Virus record (IMG/VR): IMGVR_UViG_3300031857_000001
Length of the DNA stretch: 64,000 nucleotides
Strand: one strand, 5' to 3'
Source: a virus
Lineage: Duplodnaviria > Caudoviricetes
Position 1 is the stretch's first letter, and every line of letters starts with the position of its first letter. This document shows, piece by piece, positions 10,101 through 19,870 of this stretch. The notes below the pieces were generated by a model that saw only the letters and a list, made by a program, of their open reading frames with translations, was not told the DNA's origin and searched no databases. Position numbers and translations under genes: made by a program.

Positions 10101-11174
10101 ACAAATGGTCTAATAAGAGGGGCCACATCGTTCCCTGAATGTAACGATTGGGAATTCACATTTGTTGACCCTAGATGCAGACCACTTGTAATATTTGCAC
10201 CATGTCTTAATGACTCTCCAGTGGCGGGAAATATTTTTAGTATTTACGCTTTAAATCCGGCAGGTAATAGCTTACAACAAATTAATTTCACACCAGGTAT
10301 TTCATGGGCTGGAGGTACTGGTAATAGATACAGTATGGATATAGCTCACACTCTAAATTACGATAGTAACACTGGTAAAATGTGGATTTCACTCAGACAG
10401 ATAACTAGTTCTAATCCTCAATATAACATTTTTGAATATAATTTGAGTGTTACTTTAGATGGAATATTCGGTGTAACTTATGTTAGACGAATTAATTTAC
10501 CTTTAGGTTTTATTATAGGTAAAGGTCTAGCAGTTAGAAATAATAATACTCTTATTACAAGTAGAGAACCTGCTGGAGTAACAAACCATGTCGAAATAGT
10601 TGAGTTGGATATTAGTAATCCTGCAGACCCATTAAATTTGACAAATGCTCAAGTTACTGAAATTCTTACATTACCTATTGGAGGTGATACATTTGTAACC
10701 ACAGGAACTCAAGGAATTATTACAATGATTGCCAATAGAAGAGTAGTAGTTACTGGTGACATGGTATTAACAGATGAAGGAAATTTAATTATAATGGGTA
10801 TGCAAATGCTGGCAACTGAAGGATGGGGTCAAACTGATAACGCTAAATGTTTGTTACAATATGATTACGCGTCAGGCGTTATAAACTTTATAAGAACTTA
10901 TCCTTGGAATGGTGTGGGTCATCAGTTTAGTCCTGTTATTTATAACGATAGTCTATTTGGTATAGGGTCAGGGGCAAATGATTGTAATATTCCATTCGCA
11001 TATCGACCGATAAATATAACTAATGGAAATTATGCTGGTACTTCATATAACGTTCCAGCACCTACTAATTTTGTTAACATAGGTCCTTATGGTGCGTCAT
11101 CACCTAGATTTATAGGAGGTACAAATCCTTGTATAACAACAAATGGTAATTTGATACCAAACATTGTAAATTAA
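7200..11174 (+). CDS. Large modular putative virion protein: N-terminal NIDO-like segment, several CxC Cys-rich modules, Thr/Pro stalk, two propeller-like domains
   Basis: 'IDLPEGFKFNFYGKEYDTVYVNANSYLT' at the N-terminus, a (TR/TQ/TP)n tract, and domains shared with neighbouring genes. Confidence 0.75.
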   Translation: MNYSGAPTGNTFSIDLPEGFKFNFYGKEYDTVYVNANSYLTLDQGSESGGLILPDQIPSEIDSSGVFMSTYGDSNNDNQTYITSVTTGLTDDDNTFTVTVQGGYQKLGGGNQCYCYTVLYNPPLDSPNYDQFSYIWPPNTPQQVIPYPETISLRYFDCKNVGVCATGINALGTQSVTLTAGVPQQICSYPSYLTSQVFVNTTTGQYEQPSPGVCGWMTFLPNDVPGVATTDFNNPPNSFITFTPVLSQGLQSLCVSSDGLTSLDSQFYINAATAVCQIQPPPTNCQCYMIYNSAGSQRQAFFTACSSLNPNSVTLNPQGSARVCVNATTNFTFNGAGVVVSPLGPDGVQSCVNNNSCAGPNCFCFSAYNEDNQTGEITGIVDCATGNALQPFPMFPSFGYTQTSPVKICSRTFPSSSSNVTIASTFSACTGPYTINNGAQEYNCPPWEEPPLPCYCVQVSNNAPVFNNTVSVTGGWGRLRYRDCSGDIVNEAYDLNVPPRSRFRLCIQEILDVSPSPSSFNNSQGVSIRNDQILCQTNNDGDTVCPCQCVRATRINTVPGSIGGYRYKVCQLPNSNASEIIGILSDGNPQDFVCTEMYGTSAITVNFINNTSFTFLGTSCNSLFSFCEPTPTPTPTKTKTPTPTRTRTPTVTRTPTQTRTPTQTRTQTPTVTRTQTQTRTQTQTRTQTPTVTRTPTQTRTQTPTITRTQTQTRTQTPTMTSTMTRTPSQTPLPPLPPCSVLINSTNTNSLWAYNVTNNTVIPLFLPGVFTTPYTDVAASQDNNILVLGYNLFTANPTIQYWGIDFVAGSIISGPTTTTFNVTGIGEGLGLNLTGDRIYVSRTVNGTQSILISNYTVNPITSNTLLTLQAGRTVSGDILRTTTGKLIFTSRDNTSLYIEQWSTDDVTATFDGDFNLTGLNMLFNINVESDIFIQDGVFYITRGAGTSESVWTLSQDGGTLQEIYTQMPTNGLIRGATSFPECNDWEFTFVDPRCRPLVIFAPCLNDSPVAGNIFSIYALNPAGNSLQQINFTPGISWAGGTGNRYSMDIAHTLNYDSNTGKMWISLRQITSSNPQYNIFEYNLSVTLDGIFGVTYVRRINLPLGFIIGKGLAVRNNNTLITSREPAGVTNHVEIVELDISNPADPLNLTNAQVTEILTLPIGGDTFVTTGTQGIITMIANRRVVVTGDMVLTDEGNLIIMGMQMLATEGWGQTDNAKCLLQYDYASGVINFIRTYPWNGVGHQFSPVIYNDSLFGIGSGANDCNIPFAYRPINITNGNYAGTSYNVPAPTNFVNIGPYGASSPRFIGGTNPCITTNGNLIPNIVN
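9086..9400 (+). repeat. Coding 18-bp-period tandem repeats (TRTQTQ/TRTPTQ)
   Basis: Units such as GACTCCGACCCAAACAAG x2 and ACTAGAACTCAAACTCAA repeated. Confidence 0.85.
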
Positions 11175-11188
11175 AAACTATGTATTTT

Positions 11189-11247
11189 AAAAAAAGGAGG
11201 TCACTTAGACCTCCTTTTTTATTTTATAGATATTTATAAAGAAAAAT
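11189..11247 (+). repeat. 59-bp terminator+promoter cassette, copy B
   Basis: AGGAGGTC-ACTTA-GACCTCCT hairpin, T-run, GATATTTATAAAGAAAAAT. Confidence 0.9.
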
Positions 11248-11278
11248 AAAATAGTTATCACAATAAAAAAAAGATAAT

Positions 11279-14200
11279 ATGGAAATTACACCATTGAATT
11301 GTACAGAGCCATGTGTGAATATAACTCCAAGTAATTTTGTAGTTGATTCACCGACAATTAATATCACGAATGTTTCAAAATTTGTACCGTATAACGAGAA
11401 AAAACAGTGTGGCGAATTATACCTACAATTCGACCAAGTATATACTTACGATGTTGTAAATAATGTAAGTTATTCAATATTCACTTATCCGGAATACAGT
11501 AACTTTAACCAGCCAAGGTCGGTGTCTCGTACATTAGATAAGATGTTTTTAACTTGTCGAATTTCAGGTGATACGTTTATTAAAGAATATGATATTACTT
11601 ATAGTCCGCTGACTATAACATTTAATAGAGAAATTTATGCGGATTTAAATCCAAATACAGCTTGGCTCGAGGTAATGACCGCAATTGATAACAATACTTT
11701 GATAAGTTTCTCTTCTGTTTCTTACAGTGAGGTTTTTGTGATTGAAGTAAATATAGAACTACCAATTGCCGTAATAACTAGAAAATTCGATTTTATACCC
11801 GGTTCCAGCTTTATACGAGGTAATCCAATATTAACTACCGATAAAAAGTTAATTATCGCTAACTCACATAGTGGTAACACATATATAACTCAATACAATT
11901 ATATTAACGGAGAACTTGAATTGGACCTACAGGTTAACTTATTTTTAAGTCATTTGTTTATATCAAATGGAGAGCTCCATTTGGTCACTTATTTTCAAGG
12001 AGTTAATACTTTATATAAAATAAATAAGTTTCACCCTTACGATATAAGTTTTATCCGAATAATGGATATTACACCGTATATTCAACGTATGTGTCAAATA
12101 CCTCAATGTAACGATGTTTCGTTGATACCCAAAGCGCAACCAGTTAAAAAAACACAGTGTGGAGTTTTCTATCTGTCAGAAGATAAGGTGTATTCTTATA
12201 ATCCTATAAACAATACAAGGACATTAATATTTACTTACCCTGACTATTCTATAGGTAATCTACCGATTCAAATATCACGTACGCTAGATAAAATGTTTTT
12301 GTTAATCGGTACAGGCGCTGGAATTACCCCATATTTAATAAAAGAATATAATATAACATACAGTCCATTAACAATTACATATAACAGAGAAATTCAACTT
12401 GATTCTCCTCCAATCGGAGGGTGGTTTTTAAATATGACAATTATTGATGAAACCACTTTAATACTTTATTGTGGTTCATTTACTGAAGGTGTGTATGCTT
12501 TACAAGTGGACATATCACTACCTATTGCGATTTATACACCTGTAATAGAACTATTTTCAGATAGAAGACCTTTGCTCGGTTCAATATTTACCACGAATAG
12601 TAAGTTAATTGTAGTAACTAACGATATCAATGGTTCTCCCTCTTATATTAGTCAGTTTAACTATCCTAGTGGTGAACTTGAGATAGATATACCGATACCA
12701 GTCTCCGCCGGTAATCCTCTTGGTATTTTTATATCAAATAATGAACTTTATTATATGGGGGTTGGTTCTACGTCAGTACCTTTACATAAAGTTAATTTGA
12801 CTTACCCTTACACAGCCCCTGTGGTTCAATATATTGAGGGTGATTTTAATGTTTTTATAACAGGAGCTGCTCAAATACCTCAATGTTGTGATGTTTCATT
12901 TAGGACTCAAGCCGAATCTGTGAAAAATGTTTTCATTTTGGATGGTCAAAATGAAAATTATATATATGAATTAAAAATAGATGAAACGGTTAATTTAAAA
13001 TCAACATACTTTAAGTCAGGAATTATGACTTTACGTTATTCTCCAGACAGCATTGAAAATCAAGTGTGTTTGAATATAAATCCTGCTTTAAATAACTCAG
13101 GTGAGACCGTATTTGAATTGGTTGATTGTTATTATGATTTACCCCCAACAACAATATCAGGAACTTGTTCTTGTGGTACTTATGATTGTTCAGGTTTAAA
13201 TCTTTATCAAAATACAACTTGGGTTGTAACAATTCCAATAACCAAAAAGAGCGGTACCCCTTTAGTTGGACTGATTACTCCTTTGGTGTATATTGAATCA
13301 TATTTAGGTACTCCTGTTACTTTCGAATACTACTATTATGGTACATACGGTGTTGATTCTGCCGAGATATCTTTCACATTAGACCAAACTAATTATCGAT
13401 TTAACGGTGATGTTGAAAACTATAACATATATGCGGACGGTAGTGGTCCTGATAATGTGGTTATGGTGGTAACCGCCCCATACGGTGCAAAATGGAATGG
13501 AAGTATTAATTGTGCGACTGATAGTAGTTTATTGTCATATACTTATACTTTCTATAAAGAAAATCCAGGAAAAGTTGATTTAAAAGTAGATAAAAACGCA
13601 ATAGTAGGTCAAATAAACCCTTTTGGAGGTATTAGTGATGGTAGTGATACATATTCGGAGACATTCAGTAATGCGGGTACCACCGATATACCTATTGACT
13701 CCGGAGGATATTTTGATTTTGGAGTTTTTAGTTCAGATTCACCATTTTCAAACGGTAATGGACTTAGCCAAGACTTTTACAACAATGATTCTTATGTAAA
13801 ATCAATAGAAGTACAACAAGATGACAGTTTATTGGTTGGGGGTAAATTCAATTACTATAATAATGATTCAGTTTCTAATATTGCAAAAATAAAAGTTGAC
13901 GGAACAATTGATTCATCGTTCAATTTTAATTATTCATTTACGAATGTTAATACGATATCAGCACAACGTGATGGAAGTGTAGTTATTGGCGGTGAATTAC
14001 CGGTATTAGATTGTAACGAGATATCAATAACTTCGGTAACATATAATGAAGAAACTAGTAATGGTTCATCATATACTATAGGATTCACTCCATTATACAA
14101 TCCTGACACCGACTTTTTTGCGGTAGAATGGTCTGTTGATAATTTTGAAACCAGTGCTTTAGGTCAATACGTCTTAGCCCCTTTTGGTACTAGTGAATAT

Positions 14201-17200
14201 ACTTGGCTTAGTAGTTATGAATTTACCACATGGAACTTATTTTCAGGTAGTAGTTCTAATGTTTACTTTAGAATTATTAAAACTTGTCATTTAAATTTAG
14301 CCGGCGTAAGTTATTCTGACCTTGTTTATTCAAATGTATACACAGTTTCTCACACCGGTTCATCATGTCCAAGTGTTGTTTTATTTTTAAGTGGGAATGT
14401 CGGAACTGTTGCATATACCATTAGTAAGTATGACGTAACTGCACAAACAACAACGGTTTTGACTTATCATGAGTTAGGTTATGGCTCGGCAAAAAAACCA
14501 AAAAATATTGCGTACGTTTATGATAATGTGACTGAAACTGGTAAAGTTTGGGTTTCATGTTCACTATATCGATTTGACAGTCAATGTGTGGAATGTTATA
14601 GTGAATCTATAAGTGGTAATTCAGAAATACATGAATATGAAATATTGGATTCTAATTTTTCATTAAGTTATCCTCCTGTAATAAAACCAATAATATCACC
14701 AGATGGAGATTATCATAATATTATTGGGCAATCATTGGCGGTGTTCAATGAACAATATTTGGTGACTACCGTAGATTACTTTACTGTTGGGTCACCAAAT
14801 TTTGTTACAAATATTGTTGATAAATACTTTGCTTTGATTGATATAACAGCAACTGGTGATAGCTTAACTTTTGAATCATCAGTTGAAAGTGTTGGTTTTT
14901 ACGGTATAACATTCCCACAAAATATTCCATACGAAAATTGCGGAGATATTATAAAAACAAATAATGACACATTAATTTACGGATACAACAAAAAACTATA
15001 TGAGATTGATATTTTTTCAGGACTAATTTTATATGAAACTAACCAATCGTCAATGTCAAATTTTGACTTAAGAGGTATATTTGTTTATGATAACGAAATA
15101 TTTGTTAATACTAGTTTTCTTGACGTTTACAAGTTAACAGGAAATATTACGAATCCATTTTCATTATACGATTCAGGAGTTGGAGGCAGTCGAGGCTCAT
15201 CTTCAAATTATATATGTGATACGGTAAGTCTATCTGCTTATGGTGATTGTTATTGCTATAAGTTCATAAATACTGGTTTCACTAATCAACAAATCGAATA
15301 TATTGATTGCGGAGGATATACAAAAAAACTCAAAATTAGTACTGGAAAATATATAAAAAGTTGTTTAAGAAGACTAGTATCCGTTGGAACAAACGTTAAG
15401 TCAAGTATAGTCAGTTTTTGCGTAAACAATACATGTCCTCCATTTGGATATGGTGGTACTAATATAGTAAAAACTAATTCATTCGGACAATTCGATTATG
15501 ATTTCATCAATAAGGCCGGTATAGGATTAGACGGGCCTGTGAATATTATTAAAGAGTGGAAACCCGGAGTTATAATCGTTGGGGGTAAATTTACCAACTA
15601 TAACGGAACTAATGTTAGAGGTATAGTGGCATTAAATTTAGATGGAACTGTTCATTCTAATTTTAAAGGAGGATTTAACTTTGATGAATCAACGCCTAAC
15701 GTAACTGATATTATAGTTTTATCGGATAGTTCATTAATTGTATTTGGAGGAGGAGACTCTGAAAATTGGTTAATTAATTACCAAGGATTGGCGATTGCTA
15801 CAAATATTATAAAAATAAATCCAAACGGTTATAGAGTTAATTCTTTCGCGGCCGGAGATGGATTTGATGAAGGTGTAACATCGGCAACATTACAATCTGA
15901 TGGTAAAATTGTTGTTGCAGGATTATTTGATTGTTATGACGATGATAATGGTAATCATTGTGGTTTAGATTATATAATTAGATTAAACTCTGACGGAACC
16001 TACGATAGTACATTTGTAATGAATGTTGGTTTTAACAATAACGTTAACAAATTAATTAATACTTCAATTGATGATATTCTTGTAGGAGGCTCGTTTGATA
16101 CTCCAACAAGTAAATTAGTTAAACTACGTTCAGGGGGACAAATTGATTTATATAATTTTATAACTTGTGATGGAATCACTGGATTCACTTATGCTCCGTC
16201 AAATATAACCAATGGTACTGTATTATTGGCTAACATAAATGAAACTTCTACTGTTTGTGGTACTGTTGGTAATGTTGTTACATCTGGTAATACAAACATT
16301 TATTTTTCTGATGGTAAAATAACTTACTCAAGTTGTTCAGAATGTGTGGTTAATTACCAAGTAATATTGTTAGTTAGAGAAAAAGGAAAAAAAGACCAAA
16401 TTTTCCAAAAGCAAATGACAAAGGCTCAAATAGATAAAGTTTTATCTGACGGACCTATTTTCTCAACAGGAGGACCAGAAACATATGAGATTTTAGATTA
16501 TTGGTTAGGTTCATTAACTCCATCCACGGGTGTTGAGTCTTTCATTGAGGTAACCCCAACACCTAACCCTACTGTAACACCTACCATAACACCTACTAAG
16601 ACAAAAACCCCGACACCAACAAAAACTCCAACTAACACATCAACCCCAACTAAAACAGTAAACGCAACTCCTGAGCCAACCGCGACTCAAACTGCAACAC
16701 AGACTAAAACTAAAACTCAGACTAGAAGTCAAACACCTACTAATACTGCAACACAGACAAACACTCCTACTCAAACACAAACACCTAATGTAACTTCAAC
16801 TCCTAACCCAACTCCAACACCTACAAAAACTCCTACAAAAACTAAAACAATGACTATGACTCAAACACCTACTAATACTGCAACACAGACAAACACTCCT
16901 ACTCAAACACAAACACCTAATGTAACTTCAACTCCTAACCCAACTCCAACACCTACAAAAACTCCTACAAAAACTAAAACAATGACTCCTACTGTAACTA
17001 GAACGGAGAATTATGTACCACCAACACAAACTCCAACACCAAGTAACACACCAACTAGAAGCGTCACACCAACCAGAACACCAACTAAGACAAAAACACC
17101 GACTGTAACACCAACTAAGACAAAAACACCGACCGCAACAACTACTAAGACGCCAAATGTGACTCCAACAAATACAAAAACACCAACTAAAACTAAGACA

Positions 17201-17299
17201 CCAACACCAACGGCAACATCGGCGTTAGAACCACTTACAATAGTTTACACATTAACCGACCCGAATAATTTCAATTTAAAGGGTGTAATAATAAAATAA
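11279..17299 (+). CDS. Giant (2006 aa) modular putative virion protein: three propeller-like domains, delta-60 repeat propeller, Cys modules, C-terminal Thr/Pro stalk
   Basis: Delta-60-type repeats such as '[11 protein letters not shown]...[14 protein letters not shown]', tandem N-terminal domain duplication, and a TPT-rich tail. Confidence 0.8.
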   Translation: MEITPLNCTEPCVNITPSNFVVDSPTINITNVSKFVPYNEKKQCGELYLQFDQVYTYDVVNNVSYSIFTYPEYSNFNQPRSVSRTLDKMFLTCRISGDTFIKEYDITYSPLTITFNREIYADLNPNTAWLEVMTAIDNNTLISFSSVSYSEVFVIEVNIELPIAVITRKFDFIPGSSFIRGNPILTTDKKLIIANSHSGNTYITQYNYINGELELDLQVNLFLSHLFISNGELHLVTYFQGVNTLYKINKFHPYDISFIRIMDITPYIQRMCQIPQCNDVSLIPKAQPVKKTQCGVFYLSEDKVYSYNPINNTRTLIFTYPDYSIGNLPIQISRTLDKMFLLIGTGAGITPYLIKEYNITYSPLTITYNREIQLDSPPIGGWFLNMTIIDETTLILYCGSFTEGVYALQVDISLPIAIYTPVIELFSDRRPLLGSIFTTNSKLIVVTNDINGSPSYISQFNYPSGELEIDIPIPVSAGNPLGIFISNNELYYMGVGSTSVPLHKVNLTYPYTAPVVQYIEGDFNVFITGAAQIPQCCDVSFRTQAESVKNVFILDGQNENYIYELKIDETVNLKSTYFKSGIMTLRYSPDSIENQVCLNINPALNNSGETVFELVDCYYDLPPTTISGTCSCGTYDCSGLNLYQNTTWVVTIPITKKSGTPLVGLITPLVYIESYLGTPVTFEYYYYGTYGVDSAEISFTLDQTNYRFNGDVENYNIYADGSGPDNVVMVVTAPYGAKWNGSINCATDSSLLSYTYTFYKENPGKVDLKVDKNAIVGQINPFGGISDGSDTYSETFSNAGTTDIPIDSGGYFDFGVFSSDSPFSNGNGLSQDFYNNDSYVKSIEVQQDDSLLVGGKFNYYNNDSVSNIAKIKVDGTIDSSFNFNYSFTNVNTISAQRDGSVVIGGELPVLDCNEISITSVTYNEETSNGSSYTIGFTPLYNPDTDFFAVEWSVDNFETSALGQYVLAPFGTSEYTWLSSYEFTTWNLFSGSSSNVYFRIIKTCHLNLAGVSYSDLVYSNVYTVSHTGSSCPSVVLFLSGNVGTVAYTISKYDVTAQTTTVLTYHELGYGSAKKPKNIAYVYDNVTETGKVWVSCSLYRFDSQCVECYSESISGNSEIHEYEILDSNFSLSYPPVIKPIISPDGDYHNIIGQSLAVFNEQYLVTTVDYFTVGSPNFVTNIVDKYFALIDITATGDSLTFESSVESVGFYGITFPQNIPYENCGDIIKTNNDTLIYGYNKKLYEIDIFSGLILYETNQSSMSNFDLRGIFVYDNEIFVNTSFLDVYKLTGNITNPFSLYDSGVGGSRGSSSNYICDTVSLSAYGDCYCYKFINTGFTNQQIEYIDCGGYTKKLKISTGKYIKSCLRRLVSVGTNVKSSIVSFCVNNTCPPFGYGGTNIVKTNSFGQFDYDFINKAGIGLDGPVNIIKEWKPGVIIVGGKFTNYNGTNVRGIVALNLDGTVHSNFKGGFNFDESTPNVTDIIVLSDSSLIVFGGGDSENWLINYQGLAIATNIIKINPNGYRVNSFAAGDGFDEGVTSATLQSDGKIVVAGLFDCYDDDNGNHCGLDYIIRLNSDGTYDSTFVMNVGFNNNVNKLINTSIDDILVGGSFDTPTSKLVKLRSGGQIDLYNFITCDGITGFTYAPSNITNGTVLLANINETSTVCGTVGNVVTSGNTNIYFSDGKITYSSCSECVVNYQVILLVREKGKKDQIFQKQMTKAQIDKVLSDGPIFSTGGPETYEILDYWLGSLTPSTGVESFIEVTPTPNPTVTPTITPTKTKTPTPTKTPTNTSTPTKTVNATPEPTATQTATQTKTKTQTRSQTPTNTATQTNTPTQTQTPNVTSTPNPTPTPTKTPTKTKTMTMTQTPTNTATQTNTPTQTQTPNVTSTPNPTPTPTKTPTKTKTMTPTVTRTENYVPPTQTPTPSNTPTRSVTPTRTPTKTKTPTVTPTKTKTPTATTTKTPNVTPTNTKTPTKTKTPTPTATSALEPLTIVYTLTDPNNFNLKGVIIK
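16729..16987 (+). repeat. Perfect direct repeat, 127 bp identical, period 132 bp (44 aa)
   Basis: 16729-16855 equals 16861-16987, encoding [42 protein letters not shown]. Confidence 0.9.
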
Positions 17300-17320
17300 A
17301 ATAAATAAAAAACAAAAAAA

Positions 17321-18193
17321 ATGTCATTACTTTATACATTTAGTACGGGTTCAACTGAGGTCTACTCATTACCTTCTTATAGTTCAGTAACTTCGGCTCA
17401 AACGGTTAGTCAGATTAATAATATAACTTCTGTAAACTCGGTTTATAATAGTACTTATCAAAAAATATTTGCAGGACCTTCAGGTGGTAGTTCAATTACC
17501 GGTTTAACCATTTATAATTCAGGCAATACTAAAACAGTAATAAACATATCGGGAACTACTTTCGGTATCGATGTTGACAATACCAATGATTTGGTTGCAA
17601 TAACTAAAACAGGTCCAGGCGAAGACGTTGTTGTAGTTGTTGATGCTTCGTCAAATACCGTTGTAAGTATAATTGATGTTGTTGAAAACGGTTCATACAA
17701 AGGAGGTATTGCATCAGACAATAATGGATATTGTTATGTGGTTGGTTCTTCAACCGTAATGACAAAAGTAGATATTATAAATGGAGTTACGGCGGATACA
17801 ATAAATATAGGAGGAAGTGGTGAAATCAATAAAAGAGTACTTTTTGATGGTGTAAATAATTTTATATATGTTTTGATTCCGGAATCAGGAATAAAGTCTT
17901 TTGACGCCAGCGATAATAGTCCACTTGACACACTTAGTATAACCGCAAATACAGATTTTTTTGTATTTAATCCTGATAAGGAATATATTTATCTTGGTAT
18001 TGTAACAGGAGGAACTAATGATTTTACCATTACAACAATGGATAAAAATTTATCAATAATTAGTGAAACATTCATTTATTCAGGAGCAACAACAGCTTAT
18101 GACCAATCTGTTTTTGCATTTTATTCACCTGACACCCAATATTTATATGTAGGTGATGTAAACTCGGATAGTATTTTAGTGTTAACAACATAA
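17321..18193 (+). CDS. YncE/YVTN-like beta-propeller protein
   Basis: About 40-aa repeats, e.g. 'VVVVDASSNTVVSII', 'YLYVGDVNSDSILVL'. Confidence 0.6.
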   Translation: MSLLYTFSTGSTEVYSLPSYSSVTSAQTVSQINNITSVNSVYNSTYQKIFAGPSGGSSITGLTIYNSGNTKTVINISGTTFGIDVDNTNDLVAITKTGPGEDVVVVVDASSNTVVSIIDVVENGSYKGGIASDNNGYCYVVGSSTVMTKVDIINGVTADTINIGGSGEINKRVLFDGVNNFIYVLIPESGIKSFDASDNSPLDTLSITANTDFFVFNPDKEYIYLGIVTGGTNDFTITTMDKNLSIISETFIYSGATTAYDQSVFAFYSPDTQYLYVGDVNSDSILVLTT

Positions 18194-18214
18194 AAATTAA
18201 AATAAAAAAATAAA

Positions 18215-18430
18215 ATGGCAGACATTAATCCAATATATTATTACGGTGACATAGCCGGAGCAAACGCTCCTCTATCGGCTGGAACCCCAAATGAAGTTTG
18301 TATCGCACTATGTGACCAAAGTGTGGTTACAGTTGCTCCTCCTCATCCTGTATGGACTAACTTAGGTGGAAAAGCGGTTGTTGAGTTAAATATGGTTGCA
18401 CTCGGAGGTACATTTGGTTTAAACGGATAA
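18215..18430 (+). CDS. Small hypothetical protein
   Basis: 71-aa ORF with A-rich leader, tightly packed; 'PPHPVWTNLGGKAVVELNMVALGG'. Confidence 0.7.
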   Translation: MADINPIYYYGDIAGANAPLSAGTPNEVCIALCDQSVVTVAPPHPVWTNLGGKAVVELNMVALGGTFGLNG

Positions 18431-18436
18431 TTAATT

Positions 18437-18940
18437 ATGAAGAAAGTAGTAAGATTAACAGAATCAGAATTAATTAACGTTATCCAACGTATTATAAAAG
18501 AAGGTCAATCCGAAATTGATTCAATTTTGGATAAGATAAACCGTGTTGGTTTTGATGGATTAACTCCAAAAGAACAATCATATCTCAGACATTATTCTGA
18601 AACAGGAGAATATAAAGATGATGAGGAACTTGTAACAAGGTCTCAATCATTTGACTATGAACATAGGTTTTCAGATAACATAGGTGGAGTTGATATGACA
18701 TTTAAATACGAATCAACTGAGGATACTCCTGATGAGATGATTCACAGTGGTTATTTGGAAATTAATAACGATGAGTTCTATGGTGAAATTTATTGTGACA
18801 CAGATGGAACTTACTCAACATGTAATTTTGAGGATGGTGACGGTGTAAATTTATTTGAAAAATATGAAGGTTTGGAACATGAAGTTGAGAATTTTTTAGA
18901 TAACGTATGTGAAGAAATAAAAGGAAACGAAGCGGTTTAA
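18437..18940 (+). CDS. Acidic hypothetical protein with 'RLTESEL..IIKE' leader and DUF6576-like helix
   Basis: 'IDSILDKINRVGFDGLTPKEQSYL'. Confidence 0.7.
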   Translation: MKKVVRLTESELINVIQRIIKEGQSEIDSILDKINRVGFDGLTPKEQSYLRHYSETGEYKDDEELVTRSQSFDYEHRFSDNIGGVDMTFKYESTEDTPDEMIHSGYLEINNDEFYGEIYCDTDGTYSTCNFEDGDGVNLFEKYEGLEHEVENFLDNVCEEIKGNEAV

Positions 18941-18941
18941 A

Positions 18942-19403
18942 ATGAAAGACAACAAACTACAAAATCTAATTAAAAAAGTTTTAGAAGAGCAAACTTCTGA
19001 TAGATACATGTTCTTTTCTAATTTAGAACAAATGAGAAGACAATGTGATATATTGTTAAGTAAAAATAGAGATGAAATTGATTCTATTTTGGACAACGGT
19101 CACGATTGGGCTCAAGACCATATTGCTGAAGCGAAGAATAATATGGACCAAGTATTTGATTTTTTAATGAATGAAACCACCGATGAAGGTGATTTAGATG
19201 ACCAATCAGATGAAGAAGAAATGGTTATGATGGAGTCAGAAATATCTGAAAAAGCAAAAAAAAATGTACCCACTAACCCTTCGTTATGGAAAAAATCATT
19301 AGATTGGGCAAGAGCTAGATATAAAGTTTGCCCAAGTGCATATTGTAATGGAGCTGCTGCGAAACATTACAAAAGTAAAGGTGGTAAGTGGAGGAGAAAA
19401 TAG
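18942..19403 (+). CDS. Hypothetical protein with acidic middle and basic C-terminal 'PSAYxNG' domain
   Basis: C-terminus 'WARARYKVCPSAYCNGAAAKHYKSKGGKWRRK'. Confidence 0.7.
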   Translation: MKDNKLQNLIKKVLEEQTSDRYMFFSNLEQMRRQCDILLSKNRDEIDSILDNGHDWAQDHIAEAKNNMDQVFDFLMNETTDEGDLDDQSDEEEMVMMESEISEKAKKNVPTNPSLWKKSLDWARARYKVCPSAYCNGAAAKHYKSKGGKWRRK

Positions 19404-19441
19404 TCTCTTGAATTTTAACAAATTATCCTTATTATTAGATA

Positions 19442-19870
19442 ATGAATAAGAGTAAATTAAAGGATTACATCTTTATTTTTGCCATTATATTACTTTTGGC
19501 ATATATTTTCTTTTTGAAAGATAATTTTAAACATGAAGTTGAGTCAACTAAGGAGGTTAATACATCACATCAAATTAACCAATTAAGAGATTCTATTAGT
19601 ATATTAAGATTATCAAATAGAGAATTATTACTTTCATTTTTACAAAGAGAACGTGATTATCAAGATGAAACTATAATAAATTATGAGACAAATATTACAA
19701 AAGTCACTCCTTCTTTTGGTACTTATGTTGACCATGATAGGGATAAACTTTGGTCAGACCATACGTCCCAAGAGGATAGTGTTCCAAGGGGACACTGGGA
19801 TATTCTTAACCAAAAGACAGGAGGGAGAAGTATTAAAGAGATTAGCGTTGAGGGATTCTTACAAAAGTGA
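19442..19870 (+). CDS. N-terminally anchored membrane protein, i-spanin(Rz)-like
   Basis: One N-terminal TM helix followed by a heptad-like segment; overlapped by the next gene. Confidence 0.55.
   Translation: MNKSKLKDYIFIFAIILLLAYIFFLKDNFKHEVESTKEVNTSHQINQLRDSISILRLSNRELLLSFLQRERDYQDETIINYETNITKVTPSFGTYVDHDRDKLWSDHTSQEDSVPRGHWDILNQKTGGRSIKEISVEGFLQK

Noticed and set aside
16551-17220. CRISPR-like or non-coding repeat array
   Set aside because: The repeats are in-frame, degenerate and have no unique spacers; no cas genes are present.
3960-17299. Diversity-generating retroelement as the source of domain variation
   Set aside because: There is no reverse transcriptase and no near-identical TR/VR pair differing only at adenines; the paralogs are deeply diverged.
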